NCBI GenBank assembly: GCA_944380895.1
Contig: CALWJB010000071.1
Location: 1-52,526 of the forward strand
Direction of reading: 5' to 3'
Length of the DNA stretch: 52,526 nucleotides
Source: an uncultured Clostridia bacterium
GTDB taxonomy: Bacteria > Bacillota > Clostridia > Oscillospirales > Acutalibacteraceae
The notes beneath the pieces were generated by a model. The model was not told the origin of the DNA. It made no database searches and saw only the letters and a program-made list of their open reading frames with translations. Made by a program: the position numbers and the translations under genes. Positions 1-8,826 of this stretch are shown here, piece by piece; within the stretch, counting starts at the first letter, position 1, and each line of letters opens with the position of its first letter.

Positions 1-402
1 GCGTATCCTCGGAAATTTATCGCTTCCACTCATTGAAAGTATATTTCTTACGCCATTTTGTCCTCCGTGAGATCCGCTTTTTCTAATCCTTATTCTACCT
101 ACCGATAAAGTGATATCATCAAAAATCAGTAAAACATTTTCAGGCGAAATTTTATAAAAATTCATCGCTTCCGTAACTGCTTCGCCGCTTAGATTCATAT
201 ATGTTTGAGGTTTTAGCAGCAAAACTTTTTTCCCGCTCAGTTCAGTGCTGCATGCGAGAGATTTAAATTTTTTCCGGTCTATATTTACTCCAAGTTTATC
301 TGCAATAAAATCAAGCGCTCTGAATCCTGAATTATGACGGGTATTTTCATAATTTTTTCCGGGGTTCCCGAGACCTGCTATAATATAATCTACACTAAAC
401 AT
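1..402 (-). CDS. pth: peptidyl-tRNA hydrolase, C-terminal end cut by window edge
   Basis: Not in the ORF track because it runs off the window. My minus-strand translation from the ATG at 402-400 reads MFSVDYIIAGLGNPGKNYENTRHNSGFRALDFIA..., which is the conserved Pth N-terminal signature. The frame stays open to position 1. It lies downstream of prs, as in Bacillus. Confidence 0.85.
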   Translation of the reverse strand, partial: MFSVDYIIAGLGNPGKNYENTRHNSGFRALDFIADKLGVNIDRKKFKSLACSTELSGKKVLLLKPQTYMNLSGEAVTEAMNFYKISPENVLLIFDDITLSVGRIRIRKSGSHGGQNGVRNILSMSGSDKFPRIR

Positions 403-417
403 ATGAGCTGCCGCTCC

Positions 418-1380
418 TTATTCCAAAATCATGGTAGAAATCGGACGATCACTGTTAATTCTTTTTATGGCCTCCGAAAGTATGGGTGCAACGTTTAAAA
501 TTTTAAATTTATCAATCATTTTTTCTTCGGGAATATTTATCGTATTAAAGAAAGTCATTTTTTTAATAACGCTGTTTTTAATTCTCTCAACGGCATTCCC
601 CGACAAAACCGGATGAGCTATATAAGCGTAAACTTCTTTAGCTCCGCCAAGCTTAATAGCCGCTTCTGCAGCATTGCAAATTGTTCCCGCGGTATCTACT
701 ATATCGTCAACCAAAATTATTTTCTTATCTTTTACGTCACCTATAATATTCATAACTTCACTTACATTCGGTTTTGGTCGGCGTTTATCCACTATTGCAA
801 CAGGGCATCCCAAACGAGTTGCAAATTGGCGTGCTCTAGAAACAGATCCAAAATCCGGAGCCAAAACGGTGAATTCTGTAGGATCAAACTCCGGCAAATC
901 TTTTATATAGGAAGAGAAAAGCGATGCAGCTACAATATGATCGACGGGAATGTCAAAAAATCCTTGAATCTGTATAGTATGAAGCTCGAGCGAAAGTATT
1001 CTGTCAGCTCCTGCGGTAGTCAGTAAATTCGAAACAAGCTTTGCCGAAATAGGTTCGCGGGGATTGGCTTTTCTATCTTGACGAGCATATCCAAAATAAG
1101 GTATAACCGCAGTAATTCTGGCTGCCGATGCCCTTTTAATTGCATCAATCATAATAAGTAATTCCATTAAATTATCGTTAATTGGTGCGCATGTAGATTG
1201 AATTATAAAACAATCGGCACCTCTGACCGATTCATGAATCGAAACCGAAATTTCACCATCGCTAAACCTATTCACGTCAGCAGATGAAAGCTCGAGATCC
1301 AATTCTTTTGCCACCTTTTTCGCCAATCTTCTATTCGAATTTGCAGTAAAAATTTTTAAATCTCTTCCTTGATTTGCCAT
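418..1380 (-). CDS. prs: ribose-phosphate pyrophosphokinase (PRPP synthetase)
   Basis: 320-aa ORF with YARQDRK, ELHTIQIQGFFDIPVDH and the PRPP-binding loop ILVDDIVDTAGT. Confidence 0.95.
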   Translation of the reverse strand: MANQGRDLKIFTANSNRRLAKKVAKELDLELSSADVNRFSDGEISVSIHESVRGADCFIIQSTCAPINDNLMELLIMIDAIKRASAARITAVIPYFGYARQDRKANPREPISAKLVSNLLTTAGADRILSLELHTIQIQGFFDIPVDHIVAASLFSSYIKDLPEFDPTEFTVLAPDFGSVSRARQFATRLGCPVAIVDKRRPKPNVSEVMNIIGDVKDKKIILVDDIVDTAGTICNAAEAAIKLGGAKEVYAYIAHPVLSGNAVERIKNSVIKKMTFFNTINIPEEKMIDKFKILNVAPILSEAIKRINSDRPISTMILE

Positions 1381-1445
1381 TATACATTCCCCTTTTCAAC
1401 GTCTTTTATTTGATTTTATATAAGAAAATAGTGATAAGCCCAAAA

Positions 1446-2480
1446 TTAAGGTAAATCATCTATACTTATAATCGAAGCAAACGGACCAACTTTTTGTTCC
1501 GCAGGCACATCTCCGTTTTTACAGTAGCTCTGATTAACCGATGCACCGCTGCCTATTCTCGAATCTATAATCTGACTATTGGGACCAATAACGCAATCTT
1601 CGCCGATAGTTGTATTTCCGCTGAGTATTGTTCCGGGTAATATTGTGGTTCCCGAGCCGACCTTCACCCACTTGCCGACTATTATACCATCTCTACAAAG
1701 AATTTTTACACCGTTTTCCATGAGTCCGTCTATCACTTTATTTCTGGCAACCTCATTCAATTTTTGTAATTGGCGCGTATCATTTGCACCAAGCGCAACA
1801 TCAGAAGAAGGCGTTTCAAAGGCATCTACTCTATGTCCGCTCTTCATTAAGAGTTTTATAATAGACGTTAAATAATATTCATTTTGTGCAGTATCATTTG
1901 TAATACTCGATAAAAATTCGAGTAAATCTCCTACTTTAAACCAATAAGCACCCGAATTAATTTCTCTTATCGAGCGCTCGTTAAAACTTGCATCCTCCTC
2001 TTCGACTATTGCTTCAACGCTATAATCTTCGCGATTTCTTATAATTCTTCCATAACCTGTGGGATTATCGATTCGAGCTGAAATAATTGTTGCAGAGTTA
2101 TTGGAGTTTTTATGAATTTTATACGCCTTGGTTATGGTGGCTTTATCTATAAACGGCGCATCGCCTCCCAAAACCAAAACATCGCCCACTGCATGTTTTT
2201 TCAAAAATTCCGTTGCCGTCATAACAGCATGGGCTGTACCTTTTCGCTCTGTTTGAATAACGCTTTCTACGCTATGTTCCAGTGTATCCAGGTACGACCT
2301 TACTTTTTCATGTTTATATCCCGTTACAACACAAACATCATTTATTCCGCAGGTGACCACCGAGTTCAGTACCCAACCCACCATTGGTTCAAAAAGCACT
2401 GATGACAAGACTTTCGGTTCATTGGATTTCATTCTCTTACCTTCACCGGCCGCCAAAATCACACAACAAACATTATTCAA
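1446..2480 (-). CDS. GlmU-family sugar-1-phosphate nucleotidyltransferase (short form, 344 aa)
   Basis: N-terminal ILAAGEGKRMKS nucleotidyltransferase motif, then only a few left-handed beta-helix hexapeptide repeats (ILPGTILSGNTTIGEDCVIGPNSQIIDSRIG). Its position upstream of prs-pth matches glmU (gcaD) in Firmicutes. Confidence 0.75.
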   Translation of the reverse strand: MNNVCCVILAAGEGKRMKSNEPKVLSSVLFEPMVGWVLNSVVTCGINDVCVVTGYKHEKVRSYLDTLEHSVESVIQTERKGTAHAVMTATEFLKKHAVGDVLVLGGDAPFIDKATITKAYKIHKNSNNSATIISARIDNPTGYGRIIRNREDYSVEAIVEEEDASFNERSIREINSGAYWFKVGDLLEFLSSITNDTAQNEYYLTSIIKLLMKSGHRVDAFETPSSDVALGANDTRQLQKLNEVARNKVIDGLMENGVKILCRDGIIVGKWVKVGSGTTILPGTILSGNTTIGEDCVIGPNSQIIDSRIGSGASVNQSYCKNGDVPAEQKVGPFASIISIDDLP

Positions 2481-2569
2481 TACATTAACCTCCGAAACAA
2501 AATAAAATCCACCAAAGCTTATGCATACAATATTTTACAACTTATTACAAAATATTGCAATAAAAAATA

Positions 2570-3514
2570 TTAATATACTTTTGCCTCAAGCGCTGCGACT
2601 ACTGCCGAAATGATATCTTTTTCAGTCATTTTGTAAATTTCCTTGAGATATGGCATTTTCCCGACCTGCCCGAATGTATCGCGAATGCCTACCGAACGCA
2701 TCGGTACAGGATAATTTTCACAAATCACCTCAGATACTGCTGAACGAAGTCCACCTACTATATTATGATTTTCCACAGTAACCGCCGCCTTTGTCTTTTG
2801 CACGGACGAAATTATACTTTCTTCATCAATAGGTTTAATAGTATGAATATTTATAATTTCCGCATTAATTCCCATTTCTTCGAGTTTTTTATTCGCCTTT
2901 AAAGTTTCATCAACCATTATCCCCGAACAAAAAATACTTATATCTTCGCCGTGTTTAATTTTTTGGGATTTAAACAGATTAAAAGTCTCGTTTTCATCAA
3001 AAATATCAGGCGTGGATTTTCTAAACATCCTTATATAAACAGGACCTTTATAGTCAACAATTTGAGGAAGTAAATTTTTGAGTTGAGCGTTATCGGTAGG
3101 CTCAAAAATAACAATATTCGGTATACTTCTGAGAACTCCGATATCCTCAAAACTCATGTGAGTTCCACCGTTATATTCCGCACTTATTCCGGGGTCACTG
3201 CCTATAATTTTGACATTTTGCTTTGCGTAACATATAGAAATTGCTATCTGATCACAAATTCTACGCGTTGCAAAAGGAGTAAAACTACAGATAAAAGGAA
3301 TGAACCCATAACTGCTCATTCCCGCAGCGATGCTTGCCATATTTTGCTCGGCAATTCCCACATTTATCGCTCTTTTAGGGAACTTTAAAGAAAAATTTCC
3401 AAATCCGTTAGGTTTCGCAAGATCTGCATTGAGAAGTACTACATTTTCATTTTTGTTCATTAATTTTTCAAGTTCAAGCGCAAACATTTTTCTCATTTCC
3501 ATATCAAATTTCAC
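2570..3514 (-). CDS. transketolase, C-terminal (pyrimidine-binding) subunit
   Basis: 314-aa ORF with GIAEQNM..AAGM and FICSFTPFATRR, typical of the C-terminal half of a split transketolase. It overlaps the upstream N-terminal subunit by 11 nt. Confidence 0.9.
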   Translation of the reverse strand: MKFDMEMRKMFALELEKLMNKNENVVLLNADLAKPNGFGNFSLKFPKRAINVGIAEQNMASIAAGMSSYGFIPFICSFTPFATRRICDQIAISICYAKQNVKIIGSDPGISAEYNGGTHMSFEDIGVLRSIPNIVIFEPTDNAQLKNLLPQIVDYKGPVYIRMFRKSTPDIFDENETFNLFKSQKIKHGEDISIFCSGIMVDETLKANKKLEEMGINAEIINIHTIKPIDEESIISSVQKTKAAVTVENHNIVGGLRSAVSEVICENYPVPMRSVGIRDTFGQVGKMPYLKEIYKMTEKDIISAVVAALEAKVY

Positions 3515-4316
3515 TCCCGAGTTCTTTCATGCTTTCTTCAAATACTTCTTTACTGACAGTCATACTATGATTTGACACTCCGGCTTTCTCCGCGAATTTT
3601 ATACCGTAACCTTTAACCGTATTTAGTATTATCATTACAGGCATTTCAATGTTTTTGGCTGACGTTATGGCATCATCTATTTCTTCACAATCATTGCCAT
3701 TTGTAACGTTTATGACGTTCCAGCCAAAAGCTTTCCACTTATCCCCCAGCGGCTCTATACCGCAAATATCGCTGACCTTTCCATCGAGCTGAAGCTTGTT
3801 GCTGTCCGTAAAGGCTATCAAATTTTTAAGCTTTTGAGCCGAAGCAAACATTGCTGCTTCCCAAATTTGACCTTCTTGACTTTCTCCGTCGCCTATTATC
3901 GTATATATTGTTGCCCCGTCGCTTCTCAGCTGAGACGCCTTGGCAATACCAACAGCACAAGAAAATCCTTGACCGAGTGAACCTGTGGTCATGTCTACCC
4001 CCGGAGTCTTGTTCATATCGCAGTGACTTGGTAAATTTGTACCCGGTTTATTAAGAGTAAGGAGCCAATCTTTTGGGAAATATCCCAAATCGGCAAGCAC
4101 AGCATAAACCGCCGGACCACTATGCCCTTTTGAAACAATTAATCTGTCACGCCCTTCTTTTTGAGGATTCCTAGGGTCTACATTCATATGTTTATAGTAA
4201 AGCGTTACCAAAAGCTCCACAATCGAGAGCGAACCACCTATATGTCCAACACCCAGAGTTCCGATTTCAAGCAGTATATTTCGTCTTATTTCTTTACATT
4301 TCAGATTCATATCCAT
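3504..4316 (-). CDS. transketolase, N-terminal (TPP-binding) subunit
   Basis: 270-aa ORF with GHIGGSLS, SKGHSGPAVYAVL and GDGESQEGQIWEA (thiamine-diphosphate-binding motifs). Confidence 0.9.
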   Translation of the reverse strand: MDMNLKCKEIRRNILLEIGTLGVGHIGGSLSIVELLVTLYYKHMNVDPRNPQKEGRDRLIVSKGHSGPAVYAVLADLGYFPKDWLLTLNKPGTNLPSHCDMNKTPGVDMTTGSLGQGFSCAVGIAKASQLRSDGATIYTIIGDGESQEGQIWEAAMFASAQKLKNLIAFTDSNKLQLDGKVSDICGIEPLGDKWKAFGWNVINVTNGNDCEEIDDAITSAKNIEMPVMIILNTVKGYGIKFAEKAGVSNHSMTVSKEVFEESMKELGSEI

Positions 4317-4342
4317 ATGTTAAATTCTCCTTATGTGTCTAT

Positions 4343-4792
4343 CTACAGATGCTCAGGCCCAAAACTCTCGGGCAACAAGTCGTTTAGAGTAAATATATTA
4401 AATTCATTTTCACTTTTCGCGAGTATAACTTTAAATTTTTTAGGATTACAAAATTCTCTGAGCGCTTGCCTACACATCCCACAGGGCGGAGCATACGAAC
4501 TCAAAATTTCTCCTTTTTCTTCACTTTTTGCCCCCACTACCGCAATTGCTTTAAATTCTCTATAATTATCATAAACAGCTCTGAAAAGCGCCGTACGTTC
4601 TGCGCAGTTGCAAACCGAATACGCTGCATTTTCTATGTTGAAACCACCGTAAATTTTCCCGTCAAATGTAAGCAAAGCCGCCCCAACATCAAATCTTGAA
4701 TACGGGGTATATGCGTTTTTTCTTGCATTTAGCGCCTCTTTTATTAATATTTTGGTATATTCCAAATTAATTCCTCCATAATTATTTTTCAC
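4343..4792 (-). CDS. cdd: cytidine deaminase
   Basis: Zinc-ligand motifs CNCAERTALF and PCGMCRQ. Size is 149 aa. Confidence 0.9.
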   Translation of the reverse strand: MKNNYGGINLEYTKILIKEALNARKNAYTPYSRFDVGAALLTFDGKIYGGFNIENAAYSVCNCAERTALFRAVYDNYREFKAIAVVGAKSEEKGEILSSYAPPCGMCRQALREFCNPKKFKVILAKSENEFNIFTLNDLLPESFGPEHL

Positions 4793-4956
4793 ACGTAATT
4801 TTTAAGTATAATATAATTCACCATAAAATTCAAATAAAATATTATTTATGCACAGGCAATAAAATATCAAAACTACTTTTCACGGTTGTATTAAATTTCA
4901 TGTTATGATACATTTGTTTATGTAGTTTAAATCATTCGAGAAAGGAGGAAATATAA

Positions 4957-5307
4957 TTGAAAAATATATCTTTTAAAAAATTGTTTTCCTGCTTTATTTC
5001 TCTTGCACTGATTTTCTGCGCTTTGTCAAAATTTGAATGCAAAGTCCATGCAAATAAATTTTCCGGCGCTATAAGTCGTATGATAAACAAAAATTCCGAA
5101 ACTGGCGATGAAAGTTTTAGCGAAGAAACGGAAAATGAAAATGAGTTCAATTTTATAAAATCAAATACTACAGATAATAATTTTTTTTATAACGGTAACT
5201 GGCTTCTTTATGGCGGAATAATTTTAATAATATTATCAATCACAGGAATGGTAATTACACTAAAACCCAAAAAAAGAAATAAAAAAAACAAAAGAAACAG
5301 GAGATGA
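4957..5307 (+). CDS. hypothetical small exported/membrane-anchored protein
   Basis: TTG start 8 nt after GGAGG. It has an N-terminal hydrophobic signal-like segment, an acidic middle, a C-terminal TM helix (LLYGGIILIILSITGMVITL) and a polybasic tail KKRNKKNKRNRR. No family recognised. Confidence 0.5.
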   Translation: MKNISFKKLFSCFISLALIFCALSKFECKVHANKFSGAISRMINKNSETGDESFSEETENENEFNFIKSNTTDNNFFYNGNWLLYGGIILIILSITGMVITLKPKKRNKKNKRNRR

Positions 5308-5313
5308 TGCAAC

Positions 5314-6588
5314 GTGGAAAATATTAAACGTTTTGATCTTGGTAATGGTATCAACTTTACTTGCATTCCAAATTCAAAATTTAAAACAATTCAGCTTTCG
5401 ATTTGTATGTTCTACCCCCTGGAAAAAGAAACTGCTTCTCAAAACGCGATAATTCCAAATTTACTCACGCACTCTTGTAAAAAATTTCCATCACTTATTT
5501 CCTTGAGCAAAAAAATGGAAGAACTTTACGGAGCATCCGTGAGTGCGGGAACGGAAAAAATTGGAGATATGCAGATGATAGAGATATCAGCGCAAAGCAT
5601 AGATAACAAATTTGTGCCTGATGGTAGCGACAATACTTTTGAAATCACAAAATTACTTTGCGATATGATTTTTGACCCCAGCACAGAAAACGAAAGATTC
5701 AAAGACGAAAATATAGAACTTGAGAAAAGACAACTAAAAGAAGAAATTTTGGCTGAGATGAACGATAAAAAAATTTTTGCAAGAAAAAGATGTATTGAAA
5801 TTATGTGCAAAAATGAAAAATTTGGAATAAATACGCTCGGCGAAACTCATGATGTTGATAAAATAGATGCCGTCTCGTCTTTTAAAGCGTGGAGAAATTT
5901 ACTTTCGCGCTCCCACATAGAAATAATACTTGTAGGTAGTGGCGCGTATGCAAAAATCGCTGATGAATTCAAGTCGAAATTCAAAGACATTAATCGTACA
6001 GATGTATTTGAATATTACTCAGAAATTATTCCTGCCAGGGAAGTCCCTGCTGAGATTACGGAACAAAAAAATATAGTACAGTGTAAGCTTGTGTTGGGAT
6101 TTAAAATAAAAAATAAATATGAAAAAATAGATTATCCTGCCATGAAAGTTATGAATGCGCTTTTGGGCGGAACTCCGCAGTCAAAACTTTTTGTAAACGT
6201 ACGTGAAAAACTTAGTCTTTGTTATTACTGCTCTTCAAGATATCTGAAGCAAAAAAAAGTTATGCTTATTGAAAGCGGTGTGGAAGAAAAAAACATCCGG
6301 AAAGCCAAAAAACAGATACTTGAACAAATTAAAGATATAAAACTCGGAAATTTTTCTGATGTCGACCTCGAAAATACAAAGTTATTCATAACTCAAGGTC
6401 TCGGAAAAATCGGCGACAGCTTATCATCAATCGGCAGCTGGTATCTGGCGCAAAGCATAGAAAAAAACATCATTTCGCCCGAAGAACACGCAGAAGAAAT
6501 AAATGCAGTTACTCGCGAAGATGTCATTCGATCAGCAAATCAAATTGAACTCGATACAGTCTATACTTTAAGCGGGAAAGGAGAATAA
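5314..6588 (+). CDS. M16-family peptidase-like protein lacking the HxxEH zinc motif (probable non-catalytic partner)
   Basis: 424-aa ORF with the overall pitrilysin/insulinase-like pattern, including the C-terminal LNALLGGTPQSKLFVNVREKLSLCYY block. No HxxEH is present. It is translationally adjacent to the next M16 gene. Confidence 0.75.
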   Translation: MENIKRFDLGNGINFTCIPNSKFKTIQLSICMFYPLEKETASQNAIIPNLLTHSCKKFPSLISLSKKMEELYGASVSAGTEKIGDMQMIEISAQSIDNKFVPDGSDNTFEITKLLCDMIFDPSTENERFKDENIELEKRQLKEEILAEMNDKKIFARKRCIEIMCKNEKFGINTLGETHDVDKIDAVSSFKAWRNLLSRSHIEIILVGSGAYAKIADEFKSKFKDINRTDVFEYYSEIIPAREVPAEITEQKNIVQCKLVLGFKIKNKYEKIDYPAMKVMNALLGGTPQSKLFVNVREKLSLCYYCSSRYLKQKKVMLIESGVEEKNIRKAKKQILEQIKDIKLGNFSDVDLENTKLFITQGLGKIGDSLSSIGSWYLAQSIEKNIISPEEHAEEINAVTREDVIRSANQIELDTVYTLSGKGE

Positions 6589-6590
6589 AA

Positions 6591-7877
6591 ATGAATCCAA
6601 AACACGTTGTAAGCAAATCTCTCGGCGAAGAGTATTACTATTTGAAACACCCATCAGGGCTTGGAATTTACATTCACCCAAAAAAAGATTATAGTTCAAA
6701 TTATGCAATTTTAGGTACCAATTTTGGCTCTATAAACAACAAATTTAGACTAAAAAACGAAAAAAGTTTTACAGAAGTCCCCGACGGTATTGCTCACTAC
6801 CTGGAACATAAAATTTTTGAAACACCCGAAGGTGATGCATTTAGTCTTTTTGCAAAAACCGGTGCCTCTGCAAATGCCTATACTTCATTTGAAAAAACAG
6901 CATTTTTATTTTCTTGCACAGACAACTTTGAAAAATCACTAAACATACTTCTTGATTTCGTAAGCTCGCCGTATTTTACTCCCGAGAACGTCGAGAAAGA
7001 ACGAGGAATTATCTGTCAGGAAATAAAAATGTATGAAGATAGTCCCGATTGGAAAGTATTTATAAATTTGCTCGGTGCGATGTATAAAAGTCATCCCATA
7101 AACAAAGATATTGCAGGTTCTGTTGAATCGATTTCCAAAATCACTCCCGAACTTCTGTATAAATGCTATGATAGTTTTTATAATCTTCATAACATGACTC
7201 TTTGCATGGTCGGAAATATGGATCCTGATAAAATTTTCACAATTGTTAACAAAAAACTCAATTATTCTATGCCGGTAGAAGTAGAAAGATATTTTCCGGA
7301 CGAACCGCATGATGTAGTAAAAAACTATGTTTCTCAAAACTTCGATATCAAGTCTTCAATGTTTAATTTGGGATTTAAAGAAAATATCTTACCTTTTCAT
7401 CGTGCCACAAACGAAGAACTTGTTTACACAGACATTATGCTCAGTTACTTCTCTTCGCCTTCGTCTGAAATGTATAACAAACTTCTTAATGAAGGACTAA
7501 TAAATACGGCAACTTTTTCAGGCGAATATCTCGAAGGTCCGGGATACGCTTCTGTGATATTCTCGGGAGAATCAAAAGATCCCGAAAAAACTTCAGAAAT
7601 AATCCGCGATTATATGAGAAAAATCCACGAAAACGGTCTTGACAGAGAGGCTTTTGAAAGAGCAAAAAAAGCTGTCTATGGAAGGAGTCTGTCGGTTTTC
7701 AACAACGTGAAAAATATTGCAAATCTTACTTTGGAATTTGATTTCTCCGGTAAAGAACTTTTCGAATATATGTATATACTTCAGGACGCGACTCTTGAAA
7801 AAGTAAACAACAGACTTAAAAAAGAATTGGATCCGAATTATTCTTCGCTTTCCGTGGTAAAACCCTATGAAAAATGA
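6591..7877 (+). CDS. M16-family zinc peptidase (HxxEH present)
   Basis: Contains GIAHYLEHKIFE (the inverted zincin HxxEH motif). Size is 428 aa. It forms a pair with the preceding M16-like gene. Confidence 0.85.
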   Translation: MNPKHVVSKSLGEEYYYLKHPSGLGIYIHPKKDYSSNYAILGTNFGSINNKFRLKNEKSFTEVPDGIAHYLEHKIFETPEGDAFSLFAKTGASANAYTSFEKTAFLFSCTDNFEKSLNILLDFVSSPYFTPENVEKERGIICQEIKMYEDSPDWKVFINLLGAMYKSHPINKDIAGSVESISKITPELLYKCYDSFYNLHNMTLCMVGNMDPDKIFTIVNKKLNYSMPVEVERYFPDEPHDVVKNYVSQNFDIKSSMFNLGFKENILPFHRATNEELVYTDIMLSYFSSPSSEMYNKLLNEGLINTATFSGEYLEGPGYASVIFSGESKDPEKTSEIIRDYMRKIHENGLDREAFERAKKAVYGRSLSVFNNVKNIANLTLEFDFSGKELFEYMYILQDATLEKVNNRLKKELDPNYSSLSVVKPYEK

Positions 7878-8691
7878 AAAAATTTATCATATTGTTTTTC
7901 CGAATTTAAATCTTAGCTTTGAACTGAGCCCTGATATTATTTCTATCGGAAACATATCTATAAAGTGGTATGGTGTGATACTGGCGGCAGCGTTTCTGTG
8001 CGCGTTCTTTTATATTTTTTATAAAAGCAATGATTTTGGCATAAAAACGGAAAATATTTATGACCTGACATTTGCATCGGCTATACCCGCCATATTGGGG
8101 GCAAGACTTTATTATGTTATCTTTTTCCCCGGCGATTTTTATATGAAGCATCCGGAAAAAATTTTTGCAATTTCAGAAGGCGGAATAGCTATATATGGTG
8201 CAATTATCGGCGGATCTATTGGCGCGATAATAGTTTGCAAAATTAAAAAATTACCAATTTTAAAAGTACTAGATATTCTTTCGCTCGGAGTAGTCTTGGG
8301 TCAGGCTATCGGACGCTGGGGAAATTTTGTTAATCAGGAGGCTTTTGGTGAACCCACAGATCTCCCCTGGGGCATGATGAGTGAAAATACTTCATTTCAA
8401 TCCGTACATCCATGTTTTCTTTATGAATCTTTAGGATGCGCAGTAATATTTTTTGTTCTTCATTTTATGATTCCAAAATTGAAAAGCACACCGGGATTAA
8501 TATTTTTATCATACAGCATGCTTTACGGCGCACTAAGATTTGTAGTCGAATCGCTACGCACAGATAGCTTAATCATTCCTAATACAGGCATAAGAATCTC
8601 ACAACTTCTGGCACTTCTGGTTTGTATAATTTCGGCTTCACTGTTGGTAATTATTAAAATGAAACAAACAATCAAAAAACAAAATACATAA
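7867..8691 (+). CDS. lgt: prolipoprotein diacylglyceryl transferase
   Basis: GGIAIYGAIIGG and GRWGNFVNQEAFG motifs in a multi-TM protein of 274 aa. Confidence 0.9.
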   Translation: MKNEKIYHIVFPNLNLSFELSPDIISIGNISIKWYGVILAAAFLCAFFYIFYKSNDFGIKTENIYDLTFASAIPAILGARLYYVIFFPGDFYMKHPEKIFAISEGGIAIYGAIIGGSIGAIIVCKIKKLPILKVLDILSLGVVLGQAIGRWGNFVNQEAFGEPTDLPWGMMSENTSFQSVHPCFLYESLGCAVIFFVLHFMIPKLKSTPGLIFLSYSMLYGALRFVVESLRTDSLIIPNTGIRISQLLALLVCIISASLLVIIKMKQTIKKQNT

Positions 8692-8737
8692 ATATATATT
8701 TTTATTATAATCAAAATAATAAATCATTCATAAAAAT

Positions 8738-8768
8738 CCCTCGACTCATTTTAAATATGAGCCAGGGG
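8738..8768. terminator. hairpin between convergent lgt and transporter genes
   Basis: CCCTCGACTCAT / ATGAGCCAGGGG forms an imperfect stem. On the minus strand it is followed by ATTTTTAT. Confidence 0.45.
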
Positions 8769-8826
8769 CTTTATATTATGTGACGTTATCATTCTGCGTT
8801 AAAATTTTATATAAATATTAGATATT

